The notes under the pieces are model-generated. The model saw nothing but the letters and a program-made list of their open reading frames with translations. It made no database searches and was not told the DNA's origin. Below are positions 1 to 10,322 of a stretch of 64,000 nt of DNA, piece after piece (position 1 is the first letter of the stretch; the number at the start of each line of letters is the position of its first letter). The position numbers were made by a program, and so were the translations under genes. This DNA is from an uncultured Clostridia bacterium (lineage in GTDB: Bacteria; Bacillota; Clostridia; Christensenellales; UBA1242), in the NCBI GenBank assembly GCA_944349765.1, contig CALVNN010000002.1, positions 6,039 to 70,038 of the forward strand, written 5' to 3'.

Positions 1-1525
1 GTTCACTTTCAACCTTTTTAGCTATTTCTTTTGCTAGATAACTTGCCTTATCGTCGTCAACCTCTTCAGGTTTTACTATTATTCTTATTTCCCTACCAGC
101 CTGTATAGCATATGATTTTTCTACACCTTTGAAATCATTCGCTATTGCTTCCAAAGCTTCCAATCTCTTAATGTAATTTTCTAATGACTCACGTCTAGCT
201 CCTGGTCTAGCACTAGATATTGCATCAGCTGCTTGCACTAAAATAGCTTCAATAGAATTAAACGGAACATCTCCATGATGTGCTTCTATACAGTGTATAA
301 CAGCTTTTGATTCTTTGTATTTTTTTGCTAAATCAACACCAATAGTGACATGCGTTCCTTCATATTCTTGATCTACTGCCTTACCTACATCGTGAAGCAA
401 ACCTCCTCTCTTTGCGACCTGCACATCAGCACCTAACTCTGCTGCCATTAAGCCCGCCAAGTTAGCTACTTCAATACTATGAAGCAAACAATTTTGTCCA
501 TAGCTTGTACGATATTTTAGACGTCCCAAAATCTTCACAAGTTCAGGATGCAAGTTATGAATGCCGACATTAAATGCTGCATTCTCCCCTGCTTCTTTTA
601 TGGTGATATCCATATCCTTTTTTACTTTGTCTACGAGTTCTTCTATTCTAGCGGGATGAATTCTACCATCCATAATTAACTTTTCTAATGCTATTCTGGC
701 TATTTCACGTCTTACAGGGTCAAAACCTGATAACGTGATAGCATCTGGCGTATCATCAATTATTAATTCAATACCAGTTACTTGTTCTATTGTACGGATA
801 TTTCTCCCCTCACGTCCAATAATACGCCCCTTAATGTCCTCATTAGGTATAGGTACTACAGAAACAGTCACATCTTGTGCGTGATCTGCTGCACATTTTT
901 GAATAGCTAAAGTTATAATCTCTTTTGCTTTTTTCTCTGCATTATCTTTTGCGTCTTGTTCAATATCACGAGCTAATTTTAATGCATCAGCTTTAGCTTC
1001 ATCTTCATAAGCTTGTAATAGCTCATTTTTAGCTTGTTCTGGCGTGATTCCGCTAATTCTTGACAACTCTTTTATTGCATCCGCCTTAACTTGCTCTGTC
1101 TCAATTTTTAGATTTTCAATTTCTTTTTGCTTCTTTTCTAAGGTGTCTTTAATTGTATCAATGTGCTCTTGTTTCTTTTCAAGCACTTCTTCTCTTTTTG
1201 ATAAAATTTCTTCTTTATTAAAGACACGCTCTTCCATCTTTGAAATCTCATTACGTCTGGATTTTACTTCATTATCCATATCCTGACGTATTTTAAAGAC
1301 TTCTTCTTTTGCTTCTTGCAAAGCTTCTCTTTTGACGATTTTAGCCTCTGAATAGGCATCTTCAATTATACGATTAGCATTTGATTTACTATCCTGCAAT
1401 TTCTTTTGGTTATATAAGTAATTGATCAAATAACCAATTCCTGACCCAATAACTAAAGCAATTACACCAATTACAATTGCAATACCAACAGAGACATCCG
1501 CCAACATAATTATATTGCCGAACAT
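1..1525 (-). CDS. rny: Ribonuclease Y, partial (C-terminal end lies beyond the window edge)
   Basis: Absent from the ORF track because it runs off the edge. My minus-strand translation from ATG 1525 gives [29 protein letters not shown] (TM anchor), then a K/E-rich coiled coil. It also gives the KH motif [16 protein letters not shown] (~795-842) and the HD motif GGLLHDVGK (~395-430). AAGGAGA RBS lies upstream of 1525. Confidence 0.9.
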   Translation of the reverse strand, partial: MFGNIIMLADVSVGIAIVIGVIALVIGSGIGYLINYLYNQKKLQDSKSNANRIIEDAYSEAKIVKREALQEAKEEVFKIRQDMDNEVKSRRNEISKMEERVFNKEEILSKREEVLEKKQEHIDTIKDTLEKKQKEIENLKIETEQVKADAIKELSRISGITPEQAKNELLQAYEDEAKADALKLARDIEQDAKDNAEKKAKEIITLAIQKCAADHAQDVTVSVVPIPNEDIKGRIIGREGRNIRTIEQVTGIELIIDDTPDAITLSGFDPVRREIARIALEKLIMDGRIHPARIEELVDKVKKDMDITIKEAGENAAFNVGIHNLHPELVKILGRLKYRTSYGQNCLLHSIEVANLAGLMAAELGADVQVAKRGGLLHDVGKAVDQEYEGTHVTIGVDLAKKYKESKAVIHCIEAHHGDVPFNSIEAILVQAADAISSARPGARRESLENYIKRLEALEAIANDFKGVEKSYAIQAGREIRIIVKPEEVDDDKASYLAKEIAKKVESE

Positions 1526-1547
1526 ATTTCTCCTTGTTATAAATAAA

Positions 1548-1574
1548 ATAATAGATGAAAAAATCATCTATTAT
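1548..1574 (-). terminator. Perfect 11-bp hairpin (ATAATAGATGA / TCATCTATTAT, A5 loop) followed on the minus strand by TTTTATTTAT. Likely terminator of the pheST-thiI transcript, or a 5' leader hairpin of rny.
   Basis: Inverted repeat read directly at 1548-1558 and 1564-1574. The U-rich tract follows on the minus strand. It sits 3 nt downstream of the rny -10 box. Confidence 0.45.
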
Positions 1575-1576
1575 CT

Positions 1577-1605
1577 AGTATACTTTATTTTAATAATTAT
1601 GTCAA
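1577..1605 (-). promoter_or_regulatory. Sigma-A type promoter for rny: TTGACA-N17-TATACT
   Basis: Minus strand reads TTGACA (1605-1600), a 17-nt spacer, then TATACT (1582-1577). Confidence 0.55.
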
Positions 1606-1671
1606 GAATATTACAAGCACACAAAAACAAAAAAAACGTCTTATTTTCGTTTTATTTACACTTAATTTGTT

Positions 1672-2826
1672 TTAGCCTAATTCAATTTTTTGCGTATTTG
1701 TTACAGCCCAATCAATTAATTCCTGCATATTTACTATTTTAGCTTCTTCTCGAATAGCTTCACTCACCTTTGGCTTAATAACAGGTCTAGGTGGTACAAA
1801 TACTGTGCAACAATCCTCATATGGCAAGCTAGAGGTCTCAAAAGTGCCAATACGTTCGGCAATTCTAGTTATTTCTATTTTATCATACGCTATTAAAGGT
1901 CTAAATATAGGTAACTTTTCTGCAACACTATTACTACATGTGATGCCTTGAACTGTCTGACTCGCCACTTGAGCTAAGTTCTCACCAGTTATAATACATT
2001 CACAACCATTTAGGGTTGCTAGTTTTTCGGTTATTCTTACCATAATACGGCGCATAATTGTGATCATAAATTCTCTATTACAATTAGCATTGATAGCTTC
2101 TTGTATCTGTGTAAATGGTACCACAAATAAAGATATCTTACCTGTATATTGGGTCAAAATGTCAGCCAAATCAATAACCTTTTGCTTAGCTTGTTCGCTA
2201 GTATAAGGGAAGCTATGAAAATAAGTCGCATTTATGCTAAGCCCACGCTTTGCCATCAAATATCCAGCTACTGGACTATCTATACCGCCAGAGAGCATCA
2301 ACATACCTTTACCAGATGTTGATACTGGCAAACCCCCAGCACACTCAAATCTAGTACTCAAAATATATGTCTTACCATTTTCTCTAATATCAATTTCTAC
2401 TAAATGTTCTGGATTATGCAAATCGACCGTAAGATTTTCGTTATTTTCTAGTATAACCTGCCCCATCATTGCACTTAACTCATTTGAATGAATACTAAAA
2501 CGTTTATCTGCTCTAGTAGACTTTACCTTAAAAGTCCCTTGCAAACGTATATTAGCACAAAAAGACTGTATGTTTTCAAGACTAGTTTCAAATTCTACAG
2601 CAGGACTAACTGATATTAAGCCAAAGACCTTTTGTAACTTATTGATAATAGTACTTTCCATATCTGACGCATAGTCATATATTAGGTATCTACCACCAAT
2701 TTTGCTAACTTTAGCCATTCCATTTATAGATTTTTTAATATTTTTTTCTAGTACATTTTCAAATATATACCTATTATCACCCTTTAAATGGATTTCACCA
2801 TATCTTGCTAAAATTACCTTATTCAT
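1672..2826 (-). CDS. thiI: tRNA 4-thiouridine synthase ThiI (no rhodanese domain)
   Basis: THUMP-like N-terminus and PP-loop motif SGGIDSPVA. The ORF-track start at 2832 is GTG; the ATG at 2826 sits just after the GAGGTG RBS, so I prefer 2826. Confidence 0.9.
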   Translation of the reverse strand: MNKVILARYGEIHLKGDNRYIFENVLEKNIKKSINGMAKVSKIGGRYLIYDYASDMESTIINKLQKVFGLISVSPAVEFETSLENIQSFCANIRLQGTFKVKSTRADKRFSIHSNELSAMMGQVILENNENLTVDLHNPEHLVEIDIRENGKTYILSTRFECAGGLPVSTSGKGMLMLSGGIDSPVAGYLMAKRGLSINATYFHSFPYTSEQAKQKVIDLADILTQYTGKISLFVVPFTQIQEAINANCNREFMITIMRRIMVRITEKLATLNGCECIITGENLAQVASQTVQGITCSNSVAEKLPIFRPLIAYDKIEITRIAERIGTFETSSLPYEDCCTVFVPPRPVIKPKVSEAIREEAKIVNMQELIDWAVTNTQKIELG

Positions 2827-2838
2827 TTTCACCTCTTT

Positions 2839-3957
2839 CTAGCCAAATTTTCTAACTGTTAATTTGTTATAATTTTCTATTAGTTTATCTACAAAAATTC
2901 TTACGTCTTCTATAGTATTTTCTATATCAAAACTAACACGCAAGTTGCCACGAATGCTCTTTGAATCTAGACCCATAGCCGACAAAGTATTATTACCCGA
3001 AGATTTAGAAGAACAAGCTGAACCTGTACTCACCAAAATGCCATTAAGCTCCAAAGCGTGAACCATTGTCTCACCATTGACACCATCTAAAGTCAAACTA
3101 ACCACATAAGGTGAATTATCTATACTGCTATTTATGGTAATACCTTTGGTACTTTTAAGCAAATGGAATAATTCATCTCTTAATTTTTTGACATACGCTA
3201 GTTTTTCTTCAAGATTGGTTTTTTCGACCACATACTTTAAAGCCATTATACCTGACACATTTTCTGTTCCCCCTCTTAAACCATCCTGTTGACCTCCGCC
3301 AAGCAAATACGGCTTAAGATTTTTTCGTATATATAGACCTGCAATACCTTTGGGTGCGTGTACTTTATGACCGCTAATTGTATAAAAATCCACTCCTAAG
3401 TCATCTAAATTCACAGGGATTTTAAGAAAAGCTTGTACTCCGTCACTATGGAACAAGACATTTGGATTTATTTGTTTTGCTATTTGAACCATTTGCTTGA
3501 TAGGATTTATAGCTCCAGTCTCATTAGAAACGTGAATTACACTAACTAACCCCACCTCGGTGGACATCAAATTTTTAAAAGCATCTAGGTCCACTATACC
3601 TTCGTGAGTCAACGGTATTTCCTCTACTTCAAAACCAGCGTTTTTTATTGTCTGTATAGTGTGACTAATTGAACTATGCTCTCCTCTAGATACTAATACT
3701 TTTTTAAAACGTTTATTTAACTGACCTAGCAATACCGTATTGTTAGATTCAGTAGCAGAACCAGTAAATATAAGTTTTCCTGAACCATTTAGTGATTTCA
3801 GTATAACTCTTTTAGCTTCGCGAATTTTATTTGCTATTTCATTAGCCAATGCATAAGAAGCTGATGGGTTAAAATAATCTATAGAATTGTAATATTTTAC
3901 CACATCGTCCACTCCTTCAAGAACCCTCGTAGTGCTAGCATTATCTAAAAAAATCAT
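2839..3957 (-). CDS. Class V aminotransferase / cysteine desulfurase (NifS/NifZ/IscS-like), paired with thiI
   Basis: PLP-lysine motif SGHKVHAPKG and C-terminal active-site region STGSACSS. It lies directly upstream of thiI, like the B. subtilis nifZ-thiI pair. Ends in TAG. Confidence 0.85.
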   Translation of the reverse strand: MIFLDNASTTRVLEGVDDVVKYYNSIDYFNPSASYALANEIANKIREAKRVILKSLNGSGKLIFTGSATESNNTVLLGQLNKRFKKVLVSRGEHSSISHTIQTIKNAGFEVEEIPLTHEGIVDLDAFKNLMSTEVGLVSVIHVSNETGAINPIKQMVQIAKQINPNVLFHSDGVQAFLKIPVNLDDLGVDFYTISGHKVHAPKGIAGLYIRKNLKPYLLGGGQQDGLRGGTENVSGIMALKYVVEKTNLEEKLAYVKKLRDELFHLLKSTKGITINSSIDNSPYVVSLTLDGVNGETMVHALELNGILVSTGSACSSKSSGNNTLSAMGLDSKSIRGNLRVSFDIENTIEDVRIFVDKLIENYNKLTVRKFG

Positions 3958-3958
3958 A

Positions 3959-6286
3959 TTATCTCCTCAGATAAACTTTAAGCTTATATTCAAGAGTTCT
4001 AAGCAATCTAGCTACAGCCTGCTCCACTTCTTCATCGGTTAAAGTCGCATCATCTTTTTCAAATTTTAGTCTAAAGCTCAAACTCTTATATCCTTCTTCA
4101 ATTTGATTGCCCGCATATATATCAACAAGAGTTACTTCTTTACAGTTTTTCCCTGAGGAATGTACTATCTCGCTATAAATATCTTCATAGCTCAGTCCGT
4201 TAGGCACCAAGAAATTGAGGTCTCTTATAACAGCTGGATACTTCGAAATAGGTTGATATTGATACAATTTTTGCGTGCTTAATAATATTTTGTCCAACTC
4301 AAGTTCTAATACATATACATCCTCATTAATTCCATAATTCTTGCTTACTAGTGGATGAATGTTGCCTATTGTGCCAATCTTTTCGTCATTTAAGCATATA
4401 TTGCCAGCACAAAATTTGTTATAAGGGAAGGAAATATTACTATCCAATTTAATATTTACATTTAAAAGATTAATCATCTTAAAAAGAAGTTTTTTCAATT
4501 CAAAGAAATCAACTTTACCAGTTAATGCTACACACAAAGTATCAAGTTCTTTAGGTTCCCCTTTAGCTAACATATACTTACGACCTACTTCAAACAATCT
4601 CAATCCTTTATTACCATGATTTAAGTTGAAACTGATAGTCTGAAGCATATCATCTATAAGATTAGTTCTGAGAGCTTTTAGATTGTCATTTAAAGGATTC
4701 GAAATTTCTATTATATTGTCTTTTTCACATTTAAGTCGTTGATAAGATAACCCATCACCTAGTGAAAATGTCTTAATTTCAAATAAACCACTTTGAACTA
4801 AAGTTTCTCTAATCTTCTTAACTGCATCATATTCTTTACAAGATAGCGAAACAGTAGGCTGTTTAACCTGTATCTCTTCTAGTCCACAAATACGTATTAC
4901 TTCTTCCGCAATATCTGCTAAGCACTCAATATCGGTCCTATAATTTGGTATATTACATATTAAATTGTCCCCATTTATCGTTGTAGTGATATTTAGACTA
5001 TTCAATATCTTTTGGATTTTATCTTTAGAAATATTTGTACCCAGTAACGCATTTATTTTATTGTAATCAACTGTAAGAATATTTTCTTTTATCTCACAAT
5101 TCAATCTATCTTTGATGGATACTATTTTACCAATTTTAAGGCTAGAAATAAGATGAAGTGCTCTATTCAATCCTATTTCATTTAAAGTAGGTTCAACACC
5201 TCTCTCGTATCTAGCAGAGCTATCAGACCTTAAAGACAATTTTTTAGATGTAGTACGTATACTAGCCCTTGAAAAGCTTGCACTCTCAAATAAAACATTC
5301 TTAGTCCCGTCACTTACCGAAGCTTCCATACCACCCATTACACCAGCAATAGCCAAAGGCTTTGTACTATCAGCTATAACCATATCATTTTGATTTAGTT
5401 GATATTCAACCTCATTTAACGCTACCAACTTTTCATTATCAGCTTGCCTTACTATTATATTGTCAACCTTATCAAAATCAAATGCGTGCATAGGTTGTCC
5501 TATTTCCATAAGTACATAATTTGTAATGTCTACAATATTGTTTATAGGGTTTATTCCTACAGCTTTTAGCCTTGCTTGCATCCATTTAGGTGAATCTGTA
5601 AGCTCTACATCTTTAACTACTGCACCCATATATCTAAGGCAATTAGGCGTGTTTACCTTTATATCAAAATCAACTTTTTCTTCTTTGAGGTCGTAATCCA
5701 AATCTAGTTTTTTCAATGGAAGATTAAGCATGGTAGATATTTCTCTAGCTAAACCATAGACACTATTACAGTCAGGTCTATTAGCTAGAATGGTAATATC
5801 AAGCACTATATCATCAAGACCTAAAACAGACGCTATATTTTCACCGATTTCAACGTCTTTTAATATCATTATACCATCAACTTCAGCACCCTCATATACC
5901 TTATTATCTATGCAAAGTTCGTATCCTGAGCATAACATACCTTGAGACTCTAAACCACGCATATTAGTAGTCTTTATGGTTGTACCACAAGGCAGTAACG
6001 ACCCATCTGTAGCTACAGGGACATAAGCCCCCTCAAATACATTTGTCGCAGCTGTCAATATCTGTAAATGCCTATCACCCATATCAATGTCACATACAGA
6101 AAGCCTCTCTGCATTTGGGTGTTTTGTTATCTTGACAATTTTACCTACAAAAACGGTCTCCATCCCCTTGCTAGGATTGATAATTTCCTCTACTTCAAAC
6201 CCACTATTTGTCAATTTTTCGGCTAACTCATCTGCGGATATATTAACATCCACGAAATCCTTTAACCAATTTAACGATAATTTCAT
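3959..6286 (-). CDS. pheT: Phenylalanine--tRNA ligase beta subunit
   Basis: 775 aa. N-terminal MKLSLNWLKDFV and tRNA-binding domain, with B3/4, B5 and FDX-ACB-like regions. Directly follows pheS. Confidence 0.95.
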   Translation of the reverse strand: MKLSLNWLKDFVDVNISADELAEKLTNSGFEVEEIINPSKGMETVFVGKIVKITKHPNAERLSVCDIDMGDRHLQILTAATNVFEGAYVPVATDGSLLPCGTTIKTTNMRGLESQGMLCSGYELCIDNKVYEGAEVDGIMILKDVEIGENIASVLGLDDIVLDITILANRPDCNSVYGLAREISTMLNLPLKKLDLDYDLKEEKVDFDIKVNTPNCLRYMGAVVKDVELTDSPKWMQARLKAVGINPINNIVDITNYVLMEIGQPMHAFDFDKVDNIIVRQADNEKLVALNEVEYQLNQNDMVIADSTKPLAIAGVMGGMEASVSDGTKNVLFESASFSRASIRTTSKKLSLRSDSSARYERGVEPTLNEIGLNRALHLISSLKIGKIVSIKDRLNCEIKENILTVDYNKINALLGTNISKDKIQKILNSLNITTTINGDNLICNIPNYRTDIECLADIAEEVIRICGLEEIQVKQPTVSLSCKEYDAVKKIRETLVQSGLFEIKTFSLGDGLSYQRLKCEKDNIIEISNPLNDNLKALRTNLIDDMLQTISFNLNHGNKGLRLFEVGRKYMLAKGEPKELDTLCVALTGKVDFFELKKLLFKMINLLNVNIKLDSNISFPYNKFCAGNICLNDEKIGTIGNIHPLVSKNYGINEDVYVLELELDKILLSTQKLYQYQPISKYPAVIRDLNFLVPNGLSYEDIYSEIVHSSGKNCKEVTLVDIYAGNQIEEGYKSLSFRLKFEKDDATLTDEEVEQAVARLLRTLEYKLKVYLRR

Positions 6287-6299
6287 CCTCTAGCACTCC

Positions 6300-7319
6300 T
6301 TACTTAAATTGTTTTAAAAATCTAACATCATTTTCATACAGTGTTCTAACGTCATTTAGATTATATTTGCTCATTGCAAGTCGTTCTATACCTGCCCCAA
6401 GAGCAAATCCTGTATACTCTTTACTATCTATCCCACATGCATCAAAAACTTTTGGATTCACCATTCCACCGCCTAATATCTCCATCCAACCAGTTCCTTT
6501 GCATATGCTACAACCTTTACCTTTGCATTTTATGCAAGTAACGTCCGCCTCTACACTTGGCTCTGTAAAAGGGAAAAATGAAGGTCTAAGTCTTATCTCA
6601 ACGTTTTCACCATATAGATGCTTTGCTAAATCCCTTATAGTAGTCTTAAGGTCAGCCATAGTCACACCTTTATCAACGACCAAAACTTCCATTTGTTCAA
6701 ATACAGGCGAATGTGTCGCATCAATGTCATCACCTCTATATGTTCTACCTGTGCCAACCATTTTAAAAGGTGGTTTTGTGCTCTCCATCATACGCACTTG
6801 GAGATTTGATGTGTGTGACCTTAAGAGATACTTGTCATCAATGTAAAATGTATCTTGTACATCTCTTGCTGGGTGGTCTGCTGGAATATTTAACTTATCA
6901 AAATTGTTCTCATATAAGTCAACTTCAGGACCATCATACACAATGTAGCCACGGCTAGCAAAAAAGTCTTTTAGGTCATCTTCCATTTTAGTAAGCGGAT
7001 GTAATGCTCCTAAGTTGATATCTACAGGTAAAGTGATATCCACACCTTTTTTCTCTAGCTCTGCCTCCAATTCTTGATTAAATAATATTTCCCCTTGTGC
7101 TTTTAAAGCTGACTCCACTCGCTCTTTAGCTGAATTAACTAATTGTCCCATTTTGGGCTTTTCTTCATTAGGTAAATCTTTCATCATTTTATTAAAAGCG
7201 GTAATCTCACCTGATTTACCAAGATATTTAACTCTGATCTGCTCAATCTCTTTTGTAGTCTTAGCTTGACCAATTAGATCTAATGCATTCTCTACAACGT
7301 CATTTATTCTCTTCTCCAT
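6300..7319 (-). CDS. pheS: Phenylalanine--tRNA ligase alpha subunit
   Basis: 339 aa with class II aaRS motifs (HPARD, FRxE-like TGRTYRGD, GFALGAGIERLAM). Confidence 0.95.
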   Translation of the reverse strand: MEKRINDVVENALDLIGQAKTTKEIEQIRVKYLGKSGEITAFNKMMKDLPNEEKPKMGQLVNSAKERVESALKAQGEILFNQELEAELEKKGVDITLPVDINLGALHPLTKMEDDLKDFFASRGYIVYDGPEVDLYENNFDKLNIPADHPARDVQDTFYIDDKYLLRSHTSNLQVRMMESTKPPFKMVGTGRTYRGDDIDATHSPVFEQMEVLVVDKGVTMADLKTTIRDLAKHLYGENVEIRLRPSFFPFTEPSVEADVTCIKCKGKGCSICKGTGWMEILGGGMVNPKVFDACGIDSKEYTGFALGAGIERLAMSKYNLNDVRTLYENDVRFLKQFK

Positions 7320-7330
7320 AATTCCTCCAA

Positions 7331-7587
7331 ATAAAAATAAAATCGCCCTATATCTTAGGACGATCTAATATCGTGGTACCACCTAAGTTCTTCTAAAGTT
7401 AAATTTAGAAGCACTCTATTTACCGTATAACGAACGGATAAAACGCCTTGACCTACTACTATTTCAGCTAGGAGCTATGAGGTGAATTCACTAAAAGAGC
7501 ATTTAGACATCTTACAGCCACGAATGTCATTCTCTATAAATGTTAACTTTTTAGGTACTAGTCCTCAATCATTGCCTTTATTAATAT
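7331..7587 (-). promoter_or_regulatory. T-box riboswitch leader, Phe specifier, with intrinsic terminator
   Basis: Minus strand contains the T-box core AACTTAGGTGGTACCACG (7389-7372). The antiterminator arms are CTTAGG and CCTAAG. The terminator is ATCGTCCTA-loop-TAGGGCGAT (7364-7342) followed by TTTTATTTTT. The candidate specifier is UUC followed by A, in GUGAAUUCACC (UUC = complement of 7484-7486). Confidence 0.85.
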
Positions 7588-7593
7588 ATGGTG

Positions 7594-7622
7594 AGTATAG
7601 CACCATCTAGCAAAATAGTCAA
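7594..7622 (-). promoter_or_regulatory. Sigma-A type promoter for the pheS T-box leader: TTGACT-N17-TATACT
   Basis: Minus strand reads TTGACT (7622-7617), a 17-nt spacer, then TATACT (7599-7594). Confidence 0.6.
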
Positions 7623-7669
7623 CTATTTTATATAAATAACTTAAATTTTCAAATTTTCTTACATAGGCA

Positions 7670-8344
7670 CTAATCTGGTATAAGGTCAAGCATATCTTGT
7701 AATTGTGATGAGTTAAGATAGGTAGATGGTATCTTGCCTATTATAATGCTCTCACATATCAATACTTGCACTGTGTTGCTTATAGTCCTATTTTCTACTG
7801 GTAATATCATAGTGACTTTAGATTCTACATTCACATATATCCTATGATGGGTTTGGTTGATACCCGCCTGAGTGAATTCAGATTCAAAAGTACATGATAT
7901 AGAACCAATAGGTAGTAATTTAATCTTTACATTCGGTCCTCTACCCACTAGTATTGGCATCCCGCTAAATGTTCCTAAAGGAACAAGTACGCCTTGTTGC
8001 CCAATATTTTCAATTTTACTTTGAGCAATTTTTGCTAGTTCTTTACTTAACCTATTTATCAAAATAGAATTTGCAGTAATCAAAGATACATCACCTTCAT
8101 CATTTGTAGTAATAGTTACTAATTCGTTGTAAAGTGCTGAATCTGAGACAACTTCTGCTACAGCACTATTTATAGCTTTTAATGTCAAACTTCTGACTTT
8201 ACTTTCACTGGTATTTAGGATAACTGGATTGACTATTGCATTGAAATAGACCATTATTAATATAATAACAATTATAGTGACTGATAGGTACGTATAAAAT
8301 TTACGCTTTTTACTATATTTTGATAATTTTCTTACTCTCCTCAT
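7670..8344 (-). CDS. yunB: Sporulation protein YunB
   Basis: 224 aa. Basic N-terminus plus a single TM segment. The conserved YunB-like core reads VPLGTFSGMPILVGRGPNVKIKLLPIGS ... FTQAGINQTHHRIY ... IIGKIP. Confidence 0.75.
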   Translation of the reverse strand: MRRVRKLSKYSKKRKFYTYLSVTIIVIILIMVYFNAIVNPVILNTSESKVRSLTLKAINSAVAEVVSDSALYNELVTITTNDEGDVSLITANSILINRLSKELAKIAQSKIENIGQQGVLVPLGTFSGMPILVGRGPNVKIKLLPIGSISCTFESEFTQAGINQTHHRIYVNVESKVTMILPVENRTISNTVQVLICESIIIGKIPSTYLNSSQLQDMLDLIPD

Positions 8345-8382
8345 ATCATATTGTATGATATAGACAAGCTAGTAAGAACTTA

Positions 8383-8754
8383 TTATTTGCCATTAGACTT
8401 AGTATGACTTGAGAATATTAAAGCCATTAGATAGCTAAATACTACAGCCGCAGCAATTCCAGCACTTGTAGCAGCTAAACCACCTTTTATGGCGCCCAAA
8501 AGTCCACCAGCACTAGCGCCTTCAATGGCTCCTCTAGCTAGTGTCGCACCAAATCCCGAAATTGGAATCGTAGCTCCAGCCTTAGCAAATTCTGCTAATG
8601 GACCGTATAAACCCACTGCCTCAAGGAAAACGCCTAACATCAAAAATGTAACTAAAATACGTGCATTGGTCATTTGGGTGCGAATAACTAATATTTGACC
8701 AAGTAGACATATTCCACCACCCACCAAAAATACTATTAAATAATCCAAAAGCAT
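8383..8754 (-). CDS. spoVAE: Stage V sporulation protein AE (SpoVAE/SpoVAEB type)
   Basis: 123-aa polytopic membrane protein, Gly/Ala-rich, last gene of a spoVAC-D-E triplet. Confidence 0.85.
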   Translation of the reverse strand: MLLDYLIVFLVGGGICLLGQILVIRTQMTNARILVTFLMLGVFLEAVGLYGPLAEFAKAGATIPISGFGATLARGAIEGASAGGLLGAIKGGLAATSAGIAAAVVFSYLMALIFSSHTKSNGK

Positions 8755-9762
8755 TTATTCATCCCTCCTTACTACGACAGCATGAGCTATACCTGGAATA
8801 GTATTACCTTGCTGAGATGATAATGTACTTAAGAGTGCCCCAGTAGATAATATCAAAATGCTCCTATACTCACCACTTTTGAGCTTTTGTAGGACATAAG
8901 AATTAAAAATGGTTGCACTACATCCACAGCCACTACCACCCATAAAGGTTTTTTGCTCTTTGTCAAAAACAAGATTACCACAGTCTACATAATTTTCACC
9001 TAAAGGATACCCCTCTTTCTCCATCAAATCTATCAAGATTTCAGAGCCCAACTTACCTAAATCTCCAGTCAATATCAAATCATAATCATCAGGCTTTCGT
9101 TTTGTATCTTCAAAATGCACTTTTAATGTATGCATTGCTGCTGGTGCCATAGCAGCACCCATATTATTGACATCTGCCACACCATAATCACACACTTTGC
9201 CAAAAGTAGCCATTTCGATATAAGGGCCATCACCTTTTAGACTAAGCAATGAAGCCCCCGCACCAGTCACAGTCCATTGACTAGTAGGTGGCCTTTGGTT
9301 ACCTAACTCAAGAGGGTAACGAAATTGTCTTTCCGCAGTAGAGAAATGACTACAAGTACCACATAGTACTCTACTAAAGTAGCCTCCATCTACTAAACAA
9401 CTACCAACAGATAAGCTTTCTGTCATAGTAGAACAAGCCCCAAATAATCCAATAAATGATGTATCAAAGTCTTTTGCCGTAAACGTAGCACTTATAATTT
9501 GATTTAACAAGTCGCCCGAAATAAATAAATCTATATCGTTAGGCTGTAAACCAGCTTTTTCTATAGCACCCATTACAGCCGTTTCCATTATTTTTTGTTC
9601 GGCTTTTTCATAAGTTTTCTCGCCATAGAGATCATGATTTAAAATATAATCAAAATAATTAGCCATAGGACCTCTACCTTCTTTTGGCCCTACCACGCTA
9701 TAATTTCCAATTATGCGAGGTTTATTTTCAAATACAACTGTTTGTGTTCCAATTTTTCGCAT
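8755..9762 (-). CDS. spoVAD: Stage V sporulation protein AD (thiolase-fold)
   Basis: 335 aa with a beta-ketoacyl synthase-like fold (GACSTM, GGSGCGCS). Flanked by spoVAC and spoVAE. Confidence 0.9.
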   Translation of the reverse strand: MRKIGTQTVVFENKPRIIGNYSVVGPKEGRGPMANYFDYILNHDLYGEKTYEKAEQKIMETAVMGAIEKAGLQPNDIDLFISGDLLNQIISATFTAKDFDTSFIGLFGACSTMTESLSVGSCLVDGGYFSRVLCGTCSHFSTAERQFRYPLELGNQRPPTSQWTVTGAGASLLSLKGDGPYIEMATFGKVCDYGVADVNNMGAAMAPAAMHTLKVHFEDTKRKPDDYDLILTGDLGKLGSEILIDLMEKEGYPLGENYVDCGNLVFDKEQKTFMGGSGCGCSATIFNSYVLQKLKSGEYRSILILSTGALLSTLSSQQGNTIPGIAHAVVVRRDE

Positions 9763-9771
9763 ACTTTTCTC

Positions 9772-10218
9772 CTAAAAACATAAATAAATAAGACCGACTA
9801 ATACACTACCTGCAATACCATTGACAAGTACTGGGCCCGCAATGGTAAACATTTTAACACACATACCAAATATCCATCCTTCGGTCTTAAATTCTATTGC
9901 TGGGCTAGCTATGGAATTTGCGAAACCTGTTATAGGAATAACCGAGCCAGCTCCCGCAAATGAACCAATCTTATCATATACGCCAAGACCCGTTAGTAAT
10001 GTACTGATAAATATCAATGTCACAAGTGTATACGCTTGCACCACATCTTTTGTAAGTTCAGGAAATAAAGCCATTATAGCGTCGTATATACCTTGACCTA
10101 CACAACATATAGTACCGCCAACCAAAAAAGCCCATAACAAAGTAGGGAAATATTTTGTGTATGGTTGCTTAGCTTGTACGTACTTATTATAAGTATCTTT
10201 TTGCTCTTTGTTTAACAT
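9772..10218 (-). CDS. spoVAC: Stage V sporulation protein AC
   Basis: 148-aa membrane protein of typical SpoVAC length, with the conserved ITGFANSIASPAIEFKTEG region. Confidence 0.9.
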   Translation of the reverse strand: MLNKEQKDTYNKYVQAKQPYTKYFPTLLWAFLVGGTICCVGQGIYDAIMALFPELTKDVVQAYTLVTLIFISTLLTGLGVYDKIGSFAGAGSVIPITGFANSIASPAIEFKTEGWIFGMCVKMFTIAGPVLVNGIAGSVLVGLIYLCF

Positions 10219-10322
10219 ATACTCGCCTCCATTAAATTTAATTAATTATAGACAAGAATTGGTAGATTAAACATAATAACGTTATTTTTGGTTAAACTAT
10301 TTATTGAAAAGGAGTTTACCAA

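Noticed and set aside
10219-10322. Sigma-G/F promoter for spoVAC and a sigma-A promoter for the divergent lipoprotein gene
   Set aside because: There is no GnATR-N17/18-CATnnTA match. Only a TGTTTA-N17-TATAAT-like element is visible, which is too weak in AT-rich DNA.
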